From IMG/VR virus record IMGVR_UViG_2541047968_000011: a stretch of DNA of 29,844 bases, one strand, 5' to 3'. Below the pieces are notes generated by a model that was not told the origin of the DNA, ran no database searches, and worked only from the letters and a program-made list of their open reading frames with translations. The DNA comes from a virus. Lineage: Duplodnaviria > Heunggongvirae > Uroviricota > Caudoviricetes. The translations under genes and the position numbers were made by a program. This document shows positions 1-7,655 of this stretch, piece after piece (within the stretch, counting starts at the first letter, position 1; the number at the start of each line of letters is the position of its first letter).

Positions 1-210
1 GTGAATGCAGCGGTGGAGCATCTTCGCGCACTGGAGAAAAAAGGTGTCATCACGATAAAGCGTGGCGTGGCCCGGGGTATCACTCTTCATACCGCGGTGA
101 AGGACGACGACAGCGAGGCGGTCGGGATTATCCGCGCCCTGCTTGCCGGTGAGGCAAACGCCAGGCTGCGTGCAGCCCACTGGTTACATGAGAGGGGCCT
201 GAAAGTATGA
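1..210 (+). CDS. Hypothetical phage protein, 5'-truncated by the window edge (C-terminal 69 aa only)
   Basis: Open frame runs from the window start and ends overlapping the rusA start. No family recognised with confidence. Confidence 0.3.
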   Translation: MNAAVEHLRALEKKGVITIKRGVARGITLHTAVKDDDSEAVGIIRALLAGEANARLRAAHWLHERGLKV

Positions 211-602
211 AGCTAATACTGCCTTTTCCGCCCAGCGTGAACACGTACTGGCGACACCCCAATAAAGGGGCGTTTGCTGGTAAGAGCCTGATAAGCGCGG
301 CGGGGCGAAAATTCCAGAGCGCGGCGTGTGCAGCAATAGTTGAGCAGTTACGTCGTCTGCCGAAACCAACGTCGGCACCTGCTTCAGTGGAGATCGTGTT
401 GTTTCCTCCGGATAACCGGATCCGCGATCTGGACAACTATAACAAGGCGCTGTTTGACGCCCTGACCCACGCGGGTGTGTGGGAAGACGACAGCCAGGTG
501 AAAAGAATGCTGGTGGAGTGGGGACCGGTTATCCCGGAAGGGAAGGTCGAGATCACTATCAGTAAGTACGAAAAAGCGAGTTGCAAATTAGCAACTCGGT
601 AA
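207..602 (+). CDS. rusA: Crossover junction endodeoxyribonuclease RusA (Holliday junction resolvase)
   Basis: 131-aa translation has the RusA-like pattern (N-terminal ...PPSVNTYWRH..., central ...RIRDLDNYNKALFDALTHAGVWEDDSQV...) and typical length. Position in the lambdoid nin region upstream of Q fits. Confidence 0.88.
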   Translation: MKLILPFPPSVNTYWRHPNKGAFAGKSLISAAGRKFQSAACAAIVEQLRRLPKPTSAPASVEIVLFPPDNRIRDLDNYNKALFDALTHAGVWEDDSQVKRMLVEWGPVIPEGKVEITISKYEKASCKLATR

Positions 603-647
603 CGGAATTGAGCAACACCCTAAATTTGGGTATTACCTCGTTAAAGA

Positions 648-667
648 TACTGTATTTATGAACAGTG
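648..667. promoter_or_regulatory. Candidate LexA (SOS) box, TACTGTATTTATGAACAGTG
   Basis: CTGT-N8-ACAG with an AT-rich spacer; 16 of 20 positions match the consensus TACTGTATATATATACAGTA as recalled. It lies about 100 bp upstream of the KilA-N gene start in the rusA/KilA-N intergenic region. Confidence 0.5.
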
Positions 668-764
668 TATCCTTGATAACTATTAAAAATCGCAGTAAGT
701 TCATCCTGCATCAACGAAAAGGGAGTGCAGTCCCGCTCGTGGATAAAAATTTGTGGAGAAACCA

Positions 765-1580
765 ATGAATCAGTTGCTTGTAATTGATGGCGTTTCTGTG
801 CGCCAGTACTTCGAATCTAACTACTGTCTTAACGACCTTCAGAAAGCTGCTCTTCTTGCCGCTGGTGAGAATCGCTCCTCCCGTTCGCTGGAAGTTCACG
901 AGTTTATGCGTCGTCCTGAAACGAAGGCTCTTGTGGAATTATTGGAAGAAGAAACTACGGGAGATTCCCGTAGTATTCCTGTCATCACCATTCAGGGGCG
1001 CAATGGTGGGACGTATGTCTGTAAAGAGCTGGTCTATGCATATGCAATGTGGATCAGCCCGGCATTCAGCTTAAAAGTGATACGTACTTTTGATGCGCTT
1101 CATAATTCATCACCAGAAGAAACCACATCCGACAAAATTAAATCCGGGGTCATTCTGCTTGAATCAGCAGCAAAGACTCTAAATCTGTCAAACTCCTCGA
1201 AACTTGGTGCATACCAGAAATTATCAAAGGTAGCTGGTCTTCCTGAACTTATGCCGATCTATGCCATTGATGCACCTGCTGATGCGCCAGATGGTTCAAG
1301 CCGCCCTACGCTGTCGCTGAGTGCACTGCTGAAGCAGTATGGTATCCGCCTGACGGCTAATCAGGCATATCACCAGATGGCGAAGCTGGGGATCGTTGAA
1401 CAACGCGAACGATACAGCCGTACCGCGATTAACAACATCAAAAAATTCTGGTCGCTGACAGCGAAAGGCTGCATGTTCGGCAAGAACATCACCAGTCCTG
1501 CAAATCCGCGCGAGACGCAGCCGCATTTCTTCGAATCCCGATTCCCTGAGCTGTTAAAGCTGCTCGATACCGTTCATTGA
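765..1580 (+). CDS. KilA-N domain protein (Roi/antirepressor-like)
   Basis: N-terminal region (...IQGRNGGTYVCKELVYAYAMWISPAFSLKV...) resembles the KilA-N/Bro-N fold signature. ATG at 765 is preferred over the track start at 753 because GGAG sits 6 nt upstream. Confidence 0.7.
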   Translation: MNQLLVIDGVSVRQYFESNYCLNDLQKAALLAAGENRSSRSLEVHEFMRRPETKALVELLEEETTGDSRSIPVITIQGRNGGTYVCKELVYAYAMWISPAFSLKVIRTFDALHNSSPEETTSDKIKSGVILLESAAKTLNLSNSSKLGAYQKLSKVAGLPELMPIYAIDAPADAPDGSSRPTLSLSALLKQYGIRLTANQAYHQMAKLGIVEQRERYSRTAINNIKKFWSLTAKGCMFGKNITSPANPRETQPHFFESRFPELLKLLDTVH

Positions 1581-1581
1581 G

Positions 1582-2577
1582 GTGACCGTGAGAGCACTAC
1601 TGACCCCTGAAATCGCCCCGCGTATGGGGATCGTATTGTTCAGGCCAGGTTCAGAGCTGATGCCCCTGTTTATGCAGGGGCGTGTCCTGCTGGAGCCTGA
1701 GCCGGAACGTTATTCATCTTTTGCCAGTGGTGCCGTTCCGGCGGCATCACAACCGCTGGCGGATGATCCTGCCGTTCGGGCCGTGTTCCGCAATGAGGCA
1801 GTGATCCGTCGTGCTGGTGGAGTGGAATGTCTTGAAAGCTGGTTACTTCGTGAAAAAGGCTGCCAATGGCCTCATTCCGACTGGCACAGCGAGAATATGA
1901 CCACAATGCGACACGCGCCGGGCGCAATCCGTCTGTGCTGGCACTGCGATAACCAGCTGCGCGATCAGTTCACGGAACGGCTGGAATCAATGGCAACGGA
2001 TAACTGTGCCCGCTGGGTGTTATCTGTTGTGCGCCGTGATCTCGGTTTTGATGATAGTCACGTTGTAACAATGCCGGAACTGTGCTGGTGGCTGGTTCGT
2101 AATGACCTGGCTGATGCCTTACCGGAAAGTGCAGCCCGTAAGGCACTGAGATTACCTAAGCCTGTTGTGCCGTCTGTCACCCGGGAGAGTGACCTTGTTC
2201 CTTCGGTTCCTGCCACCAGCATTATCCAGGATAAAGCGAAAAAGGTGCTGGCGCTGAAAGTGGATCCAGAGTCGCCGGAGTCTTTTATGTTACGCCCAAA
2301 ATGTCGCCGCTGGGTTAATGAAAAGTACACGCGCTGGGTTAAGACACAGCCGTGTGCATGTTGTGGAAAGCCTGCTGATGATCCCCACCACCTGATAGGC
2401 CACGGTCAGGGTGGAATGGGTACAAAAGCGCATGACCTCTTTGTGTTGCCTTTGTGCAGAAAGCATCACGACGAGCTGCATGCGGATACCGTGGCATTTG
2501 AAGAGAAGTATGGCTCCCAGCTGGAGCTGATATTTCGTTTTATCGATCGTGCGCTGGCAATAGGCGTACTGGCGTAA
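1582..2577 (+). CDS. DUF968-like lambdoid prophage protein with a C-terminal Cys/His (HNH-like) motif
   Basis: 331-aa ORF starting at GTG and overlapping the preceding stop. C-terminus has ...CACCGKPADDPHHLIGHGQGG...CRKHHDELH..., typical of proteins found between rusA/roi and Q in lambdoid prophages. Confidence 0.55.
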   Translation: MTVRALLTPEIAPRMGIVLFRPGSELMPLFMQGRVLLEPEPERYSSFASGAVPAASQPLADDPAVRAVFRNEAVIRRAGGVECLESWLLREKGCQWPHSDWHSENMTTMRHAPGAIRLCWHCDNQLRDQFTERLESMATDNCARWVLSVVRRDLGFDDSHVVTMPELCWWLVRNDLADALPESAARKALRLPKPVVPSVTRESDLVPSVPATSIIQDKAKKVLALKVDPESPESFMLRPKCRRWVNEKYTRWVKTQPCACCGKPADDPHHLIGHGQGGMGTKAHDLFVLPLCRKHHDELHADTVAFEEKYGSQLELIFRFIDRALAIGVLA

Positions 2578-2590
2578 GTGGAGAACGAGC

Positions 2591-3343
2591 ATGAACCTTG
2601 AAGCTTTACCAAAATATTACTCCCCAAAATCTCCAAAATTGAGCGATGACGCACCGGCGACAGGCTTGGGTGGTTTAACAATTACAGATGTGATGGCTGC
2701 GCAGGGGATGGTGCAGTCGAAAGCACCGCTTGGGTTTGCCTTATTCCTGGCAAAAGTTGGTGTTCAGGATCCTCAGTTTGCGATTGAAGGTCTGCTCAAT
2801 TACGCGATGGCACTGGATAACCCGACATTGAACAAATTGAGTGAAGAAACCCGGCTACAGATCATTCCTTACCTTGTGAATTTTGCCTTTGCTGATTATT
2901 CCAGGTCTGCGGCAAGTAAGGCTCGCTGTGAGCGTTGTGCTGGTACTGGATTTCATAATGTATTGCGCGAAGTGGTGAAACACTCCAGAAGCGGGGAGTC
3001 TGTTATCAAGGAAGAGTGGGTGAAGGAACTATGTCAGCATTGTCATGGTAAGGGAGAAGTCAGCACAGCGTGCAGAGGGTGTAAGGGTAAAGGTATTGTC
3101 CTGGATGAAAAAAGAACCCGGCTTCATGGTACGCCTGTTTATAAGATTTGTGGGCGTTGCAATGGAAAACGGTTTAGTCGTTTACCAACCACACTGGCGC
3201 GGCATCATGTCCAGAAACTGGTACCAGACCTGACGGATTATCAGTGGTACAAAGGATATGCAGATGTCATTGATAAACTGGTTACAAAGTGCTGGCAGGA
3301 GGAATCTTACGCTGAAGCACAATTGAGAAAGGTGACAAGATAA
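2591..3343 (+). CDS. Q: Late-gene antitermination protein Q (phage 21/82-type, zinc-finger class)
   Basis: 250 aa with paired Cys clusters (CERCAGTG...CQHCHGKG...CRGCKGKG...CGRCNGK). Sits immediately upstream of the lysis region with GGAG 6 nt before the ATG. Confidence 0.8.
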   Translation: MNLEALPKYYSPKSPKLSDDAPATGLGGLTITDVMAAQGMVQSKAPLGFALFLAKVGVQDPQFAIEGLLNYAMALDNPTLNKLSEETRLQIIPYLVNFAFADYSRSAASKARCERCAGTGFHNVLREVVKHSRSGESVIKEEWVKELCQHCHGKGEVSTACRGCKGKGIVLDEKRTRLHGTPVYKICGRCNGKRFSRLPTTLARHHVQKLVPDLTDYQWYKGYADVIDKLVTKCWQEESYAEAQLRKVTR

Positions 3344-3374
3344 GTGATCTTCGCCGAAAATGGTGACATGATGC

Positions 3375-3403
3375 TTGCAATTTTCAAAAAACATGGATAA
3401 GAT
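3375..3403 (+). promoter_or_regulatory. Putative late promoter (pR'-equivalent): TTGCAA - 17 bp - TAAGAT
   Basis: Sigma70-like hexamers with a 17-bp spacer about 30 bp downstream of the Q stop, where lambdoid phages carry pR'/qut. Not verifiable without tools. Confidence 0.3.
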
Positions 3404-3451
3404 TTTCTCAACGATGGGCTTTATGTATCTGCCGTTGATAACCTTCAAGAA

Positions 3452-3473
3452 CTCGCCATTGAGCGGGTTTTTT
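3452..3473 (+). terminator. Weak intrinsic-terminator-like hairpin plus T6 (tR'-like candidate)
   Basis: A 5-bp stem (ctcgc/gcggg, one G-U pair) with a 6-nt loop followed by TTTTTT, downstream of the putative late promoter. Confidence 0.25.
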
Positions 3474-3545
3474 ATTGTGTAAAAACAGAATGACGGTATT
3501 AATTAGTAATATAATTATTCGACCATACAACTAGGGGTCGAAAAA

Positions 3546-4331
3546 ATGTATGTTTTTGAGTTAATCAAGCCAGGCAGTAATCTTAAGTTTGAAAACAGAG
3601 AGTTAGAATGGACGTTTAATAACTTATTATCCCATTTAGAAACTGCATTTTATGATGCTAATGTAGCATTAAATTTATTCGAACAGGAAAGAACTAAGAA
3701 TAACAGTAAATTCGATAATATTTCTCAGACATGGCAAGCTGATGTACAGAAACGACAAGCACTGGAAATGCTGGTTCGTAAAGAGTTTGGTTATCAACCT
3801 TATGAATATTCAGAACAGGTTTTTTCAGAGGTCGAGCTACGTCTAAAAAGAGAAAAATGGAATAACGGTGAATATCCGTTGGCTCATCAACACAGATTGA
3901 TCTTCTTACATGCAAAATCATTTCTCTACGCTTTGGATGCTATTGATAAATTTTTAAAGGTAATTTCAAAAGAAAATGGCGCGCCAGAGAACATTAAAAA
4001 ATTGCATGAACAGCTTTCTAAAGACTTTCCGGATTTAAGAAAGGTAAGGAATTCAGCTCAACACATGGAAGACAGAGTTCGTGGGCTTGGTGCAGAGAAA
4101 GAACCAAAGCCAATAAAACTCAAACCTGTAAATAATATTCATGTTGTTGCACCTCAGGGGGCATTGATGTTGAATAACTTATTCGGAACTAAATTTGGGT
4201 GCACTATGGCTGATGGCTATTATGGTGAAGTAGATATTTCGACAGAGTCTTTGGCAAAGTTGCAAAATTTAATCCAAAAAGTTTTTAATTCCTTCAGTTG
4301 GGAAGGACCAAAGCAACACCTTCCCCGATAA
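3546..4331 (+). CDS. Hypothetical cargo protein, 261 aa, with an R-x4-H (RNSAQH) HEPN-like motif
   Basis: Long ORF in visibly AT-rich DNA, preceded by a G-rich RBS and followed by a strong terminator. Predicted helical and charged; RNSAQH lies at residues 168-173. It occupies the Q-holin position that carries stx or other morons in lambdoid phages. Confidence 0.7.
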   Translation: MYVFELIKPGSNLKFENRELEWTFNNLLSHLETAFYDANVALNLFEQERTKNNSKFDNISQTWQADVQKRQALEMLVRKEFGYQPYEYSEQVFSEVELRLKREKWNNGEYPLAHQHRLIFLHAKSFLYALDAIDKFLKVISKENGAPENIKKLHEQLSKDFPDLRKVRNSAQHMEDRVRGLGAEKEPKPIKLKPVNNIHVVAPQGALMLNNLFGTKFGCTMADGYYGEVDISTESLAKLQNLIQKVFNSFSWEGPKQHLPR

Positions 4332-4350
4332 CATTTTCTTTTTTATTGAA

Positions 4351-4378
4351 AGCCGCCAAATAATTGGCGGCTTTTTTA
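4351..4378 (+). terminator. Rho-independent terminator
   Basis: Perfect 9-bp stem agccgccaa/ttggcggct with a 4-nt loop, followed by TTTTTT. Confidence 0.75.
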
Positions 4379-4420
4379 TTTCACAGTACCCGCAAATATC
4401 GCGAGGTGAGAGATGACGAA

Positions 4421-4747
4421 ATGCCTCATAACCCAAATACCTGGCTGGACTTGGTCCAGAGCTGGTGGCGTGGAGACACACCGCTGGGCGCAGTGATTAT
4501 GTCGATTGTTATGGCTGGTTTACGTATCGCCTATTTTGGCGGTGGTGGCGGCTGGAAGCGAAAAACACTCGAAATTCTACTCTGTGGCGCTCTGACGCTG
4601 ACTTTTGCATCCGCTCTTGAGTATGTCGGATGGCCTAAATCACTTTCTGTTGCCATTGGTGGTGGGGTGGGGCTGATCGGTGTCGATGCTATTCGTGGGG
4701 CTGCAATGCGAGTAATCGGTAACAAATTTGGTGGCTCTAAGGAGTAA
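4421..4747 (+). CDS. Holin, lambda S-like (class I, three predicted TM segments)
   Basis: Hydrophobic segments and a charged C-terminus with an overall pattern similar to lambda S; lies immediately upstream of the R endolysin. ATG at 4421 is chosen because the longer frame from 4364 would overlap the terminator hairpin. Confidence 0.7.
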   Translation: MPHNPNTWLDLVQSWWRGDTPLGAVIMSIVMAGLRIAYFGGGGGWKRKTLEILLCGALTLTFASALEYVGWPKSLSVAIGGGVGLIGVDAIRGAAMRVIGNKFGGSKE

Positions 4748-4750
4748 TTT

Positions 4751-5227
4751 ATGCAGGTACTAAATTCCCAGCGTAAAGCTTTCCTTGATATGGTGGCATG
4801 GTCAGAAGGAACGGATAACGGGCGACAACCGACACGTAACCACGGTTATGACGTTATTGTTGGTGGTGAACTGTTTACTGATTACTCCGATCATCCTCGC
4901 AAACTTGTCACGCTAAACTCCAAACTCAAATCAACAGCCGCCGGACGTTACCAGCTTCTTTCACGTTGGTGGGATGCTTACCGTAAACAGCTTGGTTTGA
5001 AAGACTTCTCCCCCAAAAGCCAGGACGCTGTGGCATTGCAGCAGATTAAAGAACGTGGCGCTTTACCGATGATTGATCGTGGTGATATTCGTCAGGCTAT
5101 CGACCGTTGCAGCAATATCTGGGCTTCGTTGCCGGGCGCTGGTTACGGTCAGTATGAACATAAAATTGGTGACCTGATTGCCAGGTTTAAAGAGGTTGGC
5201 GGGGTGGTAAATGAAGTTGAGCTATAA
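4751..5227 (+). CDS. R: Endolysin, lambda R-type lytic transglycosylase
   Basis: Near-identity over long stretches to lambda R as recalled (...NSQRKAFLDMVAWSEGTDNGRQPTRNHGYDVIVGGELFTDYSDHPRKLVTLN...). AAGGAG sits 6 nt upstream of the ATG. Confidence 0.93.
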   Translation: MQVLNSQRKAFLDMVAWSEGTDNGRQPTRNHGYDVIVGGELFTDYSDHPRKLVTLNSKLKSTAAGRYQLLSRWWDAYRKQLGLKDFSPKSQDAVALQQIKERGALPMIDRGDIRQAIDRCSNIWASLPGAGYGQYEHKIGDLIARFKEVGGVVNEVEL

Positions 5228-5672
5228 GCTAGTTATCGCTGCTTTCTTCGTTACTATTATTGGTTCTTTCATCTGGTCAGCGAATCATTACCACAATCAA
5301 GCCATTGAATACAAAAAGCAGCGCGACGAAAACGCTATGGCATTACATTCGGCTATGGCGACGATCTCTGATATGCAGAAGCGTCAACGTGACGTAGCTG
5401 AACTTGACGCCAGATACACAAAGGAGCTTGCTGATGCTAACACGACTCTCGAAAGTCTCCGTACTGATGTCTCTGCTGGTCGTAAGCGCTTGCAAATCGC
5501 CGCCACCTGTGCAAAGTCAACGACCGGAGCCAGCGGCATGGGCTATGGAGAAAGTCCAAGACTTACAGCTGATGCTGAACTCAATTATTACCGCCTCCGA
5601 AGTGGGATCGACAAGATAACTGCACAGGTTAACTACTTGCAGGAGTACATCAAGACACAGTGCCAGAAATGA
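5211..5672 (+). CDS. Rz: Spanin inner-membrane subunit Rz (i-spanin)
   Basis: N-terminal TM segment followed by coiled-coil, with lambda Rz-like stretches (...QRDVAELDARYTKELADA...). Start overlaps the end of R. Confidence 0.85.
   Translation: MKLSYKLVIAAFFVTIIGSFIWSANHYHNQAIEYKKQRDENAMALHSAMATISDMQKRQRDVAELDARYTKELADANTTLESLRTDVSAGRKRLQIAATCAKSTTGASGMGYGESPRLTADAELNYYRLRSGIDKITAQVNYLQEYIKTQCQK
5434..5619 (+). CDS. Rz1: Spanin outer-membrane lipoprotein subunit Rz1 (o-spanin), embedded in the +1 frame of Rz
   Basis: Embedded ORF with a lipoprotein signal and lipobox (MLTRLSKVSVLMSLLVVSAC) followed by a Pro-rich mature region, as in lambda Rz1. Confidence 0.75.
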   Translation: MLTRLSKVSVLMSLLVVSACKSPPPVQSQRPEPAAWAMEKVQDLQLMLNSIITASEVGSTR

Positions 5673-5744
5673 ATCTATAGATGACACTCCTCGTTCGTAT
5701 AAGATAATGCTAAATTACTATTAGCTTAATCACAGGAGACGGAC

Positions 5745-6608
5745 ATGGAAAGAGGTGTGGTATTTAGTGCATGCGAATTACTTAAAACCGAGGATGGAAA
5801 AGGCATCCGTACAGGTAAATGGATTAGTCAATTAGAAATAAACTATCTATGTCTTTATTGGGATAAACTAGTTTCACCCACTAATAATATTATACATACA
5901 GCATTAAATAACGAGGATGAATTAGAAAAATGTGGATTGCTAACCAGACCTGTATATAGACATCATGGTTGTTTTGATGGCCAATATATGGCTGATTTTT
6001 ATGCTGAAACTCATGCCAAAACAATAGATATACTTAGGCATGCGGATTCTTCTGTCGATTGGCGCATGCATTTTTTAAGTGACCAAATAAACTTGGTGCC
6101 TGAATTATCTAGAACCTCAGAAGTGATACGTTTTGAGCTAGCAAATTTATTACCCGTTCCCACAGAAGATGTGCACCTACATGATATTCTTGATTTCAAG
6201 GAAAGAAGAAAACCTGAATTAATCGCTTTACATGAATATCTTGATGAGCTTTACTTGGAAATAAAACGTTCTGGTGATATCAATCTTCAGAAAGCAAAAG
6301 CTCTTTCTAATCTTAAACAAGCAATAAAGGATATTGAACGCTTAAATTGTGAAGTGTGGAAAAGTCCAATAAAATTTAGCATCTCTACTTCCTTTGAGTT
6401 CGATTTTTCACAAATATTTACTCTGGCGGGAACTGTTTTATCTATGTCAGTAGATTATCCTTATAATGTTATTGGAGGGGTAAGTAGTTTTGCTTATTTT
6501 TTGGGAGGATGCATAAAAATAAAGCCACAATTTCAACAAGTGTTATCATTAGGTAATGATAAATTAGTTTACATAAGCAAAGGAAAATCGGAGGGTATTA
6601 TTTCCTGA
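5745..6608 (+). CDS. Hypothetical cargo protein, 287 aa, no recognised family
   Basis: Long ORF in AT-rich DNA with AGGAG 9 nt upstream of the ATG. It sits between the lysis cassette and the HNH/terminase genes. Confidence 0.65.
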   Translation: MERGVVFSACELLKTEDGKGIRTGKWISQLEINYLCLYWDKLVSPTNNIIHTALNNEDELEKCGLLTRPVYRHHGCFDGQYMADFYAETHAKTIDILRHADSSVDWRMHFLSDQINLVPELSRTSEVIRFELANLLPVPTEDVHLHDILDFKERRKPELIALHEYLDELYLEIKRSGDINLQKAKALSNLKQAIKDIERLNCEVWKSPIKFSISTSFEFDFSQIFTLAGTVLSMSVDYPYNVIGGVSSFAYFLGGCIKIKPQFQQVLSLGNDKLVYISKGKSEGIIS

Positions 6609-6684
6609 TTTTTGATTCTCATAATCAATGAATGTTTTTTGTGAATATACTTATTTTAACCATATAAATAATCAAGGTAATAAA

Positions 6685-7035
6685 GTGCCTCCTCGTATCC
6701 CGAAAGCCTGCCGTGCTCGAGGTTGCCGTAATACCACCACAGACCCGTCAGGCTACTGCGAAAGCCACAAAAGCGAAGGCTGGAAGCAATACAAGCCAGG
6801 CCAGTCCCGACACCAGCGCGGTTATGGTGCGAAATGGGATTTTATCCGTGAACGTGTGCTCAAGCGTGACAAAGGCCTGTGTCAGTTGTGTTTGCGTGCC
6901 GGTGTGGTGCGCGAGGCGAAAACCGTTGACCACATCATCCCTAAAGCACATGGCGGCACTGATGCCGACAGTAATCTGCAGAGTCTGTGCTGGCCGTGTC
7001 ATAAGGCGAAGACGGCCCGTGAACGGTTGAAGTAA
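6685..7035 (+). CDS. HNH endonuclease (terminase-associated)
   Basis: Cys/His-rich motifs (...CRARGC...C..H...DHIIPKAHGGTD...N...CWPCH) and position directly upstream of terS. GTG at 6685 is preferred over the AT-rich extension from 6628. Confidence 0.78.
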   Translation: MPPRIPKACRARGCRNTTTDPSGYCESHKSEGWKQYKPGQSRHQRGYGAKWDFIRERVLKRDKGLCQLCLRAGVVREAKTVDHIIPKAHGGTDADSNLQSLCWPCHKAKTARERLK

Positions 7036-7061
7036 GAACCAGTTCCCACTGCCAGAGGGGA

Positions 7062-7120
7062 GGGGCGGGTCAAATCCCTGTGACCTGACGTCTTCCGGAC
7101 TGCCCGCCCCATCGTTTTTT
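7062..7120 (+). other. GC-rich inverted repeat (ggggcggg ... cccgcccc) followed by T7; terminator or cos-associated structure
   Basis: 8-bp GC stem arms separated by about 33 nt, then TTTTTTT, in the HNH/terS intergenic region where HK97-like phages place cos. Confidence 0.3.
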
Positions 7121-7160
7121 TATACCCGCGAAAAATGAAATTTAACCAGGAGTGCCGCAT

Positions 7161-7655
7161 ATGGCTGGAACGGCGGGGCGTTCCGGGCGTCGCCCCAAGC
7201 CAACGGCGCGCAAGGCGCTGGCCGGAAACCCCGGCAAGCGAGCCCTGAATAAAGATGAACCTGTTTTTACGCCCATCAAAGGTGTTGAGCCACCGGAGTG
7301 GTTCGCTGAAGAAGATCTCCCTCTCGCCACGATCATGTGGCAATTGACAACTAAAGAACTTTGCGGTCAGGGCTTGCTGTGCGTGACTGACCTCGCGGTG
7401 CTTGAGCGGTGGTGTGTGGCCTATGAGTTCTGGCGACGTGCCGTGAAAAATATTGCCAGACAGGGCAACACCATCACCGGTGCAATGGGCGGTATGGTCA
7501 AAAATCCTGAGCTGACCGCCAAAAAAGAACAGGAGTCCGAGATGAGCAGCACGGGGGCAATGCTCGGACTCGACCCCAGCAGCCGCCAGCGTCTGATTGG
7601 CCTGGCGGGGCAGAAGAAAGCTATTAACCCGTTTCTGAAAATCATCGAATCATGA
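7161..7655 (+). CDS. Terminase small subunit (P27-family-like)
   Basis: N-terminus [27 protein letters not shown] is typical of P27-type TerS. AGGAG sits 8 nt upstream of the ATG at 7161, and the gene is followed by terL. Confidence 0.82.
   Translation: MAGTAGRSGRRPKPTARKALAGNPGKRALNKDEPVFTPIKGVEPPEWFAEEDLPLATIMWQLTTKELCGQGLLCVTDLAVLERWCVAYEFWRRAVKNIARQGNTITGAMGGMVKNPELTAKKEQESEMSSTGAMLGLDPSSRQRLIGLAGQKKAINPFLKIIES

Noticed and set aside
1-210. Assigning the truncated first ORF to a named family (LexA-like, replication or Nin protein)
   Set aside because: Only 69 C-terminal residues are present and no diagnostic motif is visible; any name would be a guess.
3344-3545. tRNA genes, which are often present between Q and the lysis genes in lambdoid phages
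   Set aside because: No roughly 75-nt cloverleaf-compatible sequence or GGTTCGAATCC-type T-arm motif is visible here or elsewhere in the window.
3546-4331. Shiga-toxin or other known toxin genes at the Q-S position
   Set aside because: This is a single ORF with no signal peptide and no A/B two-gene architecture; nothing resembles StxA/StxB.
4364-4747. Longer holin start at 4364 (127 aa)
   Set aside because: The extension would be translated through the terminator hairpin at 4351-4378 and has no RBS; the ATG at 4421 gives a typical S-like N-terminus.
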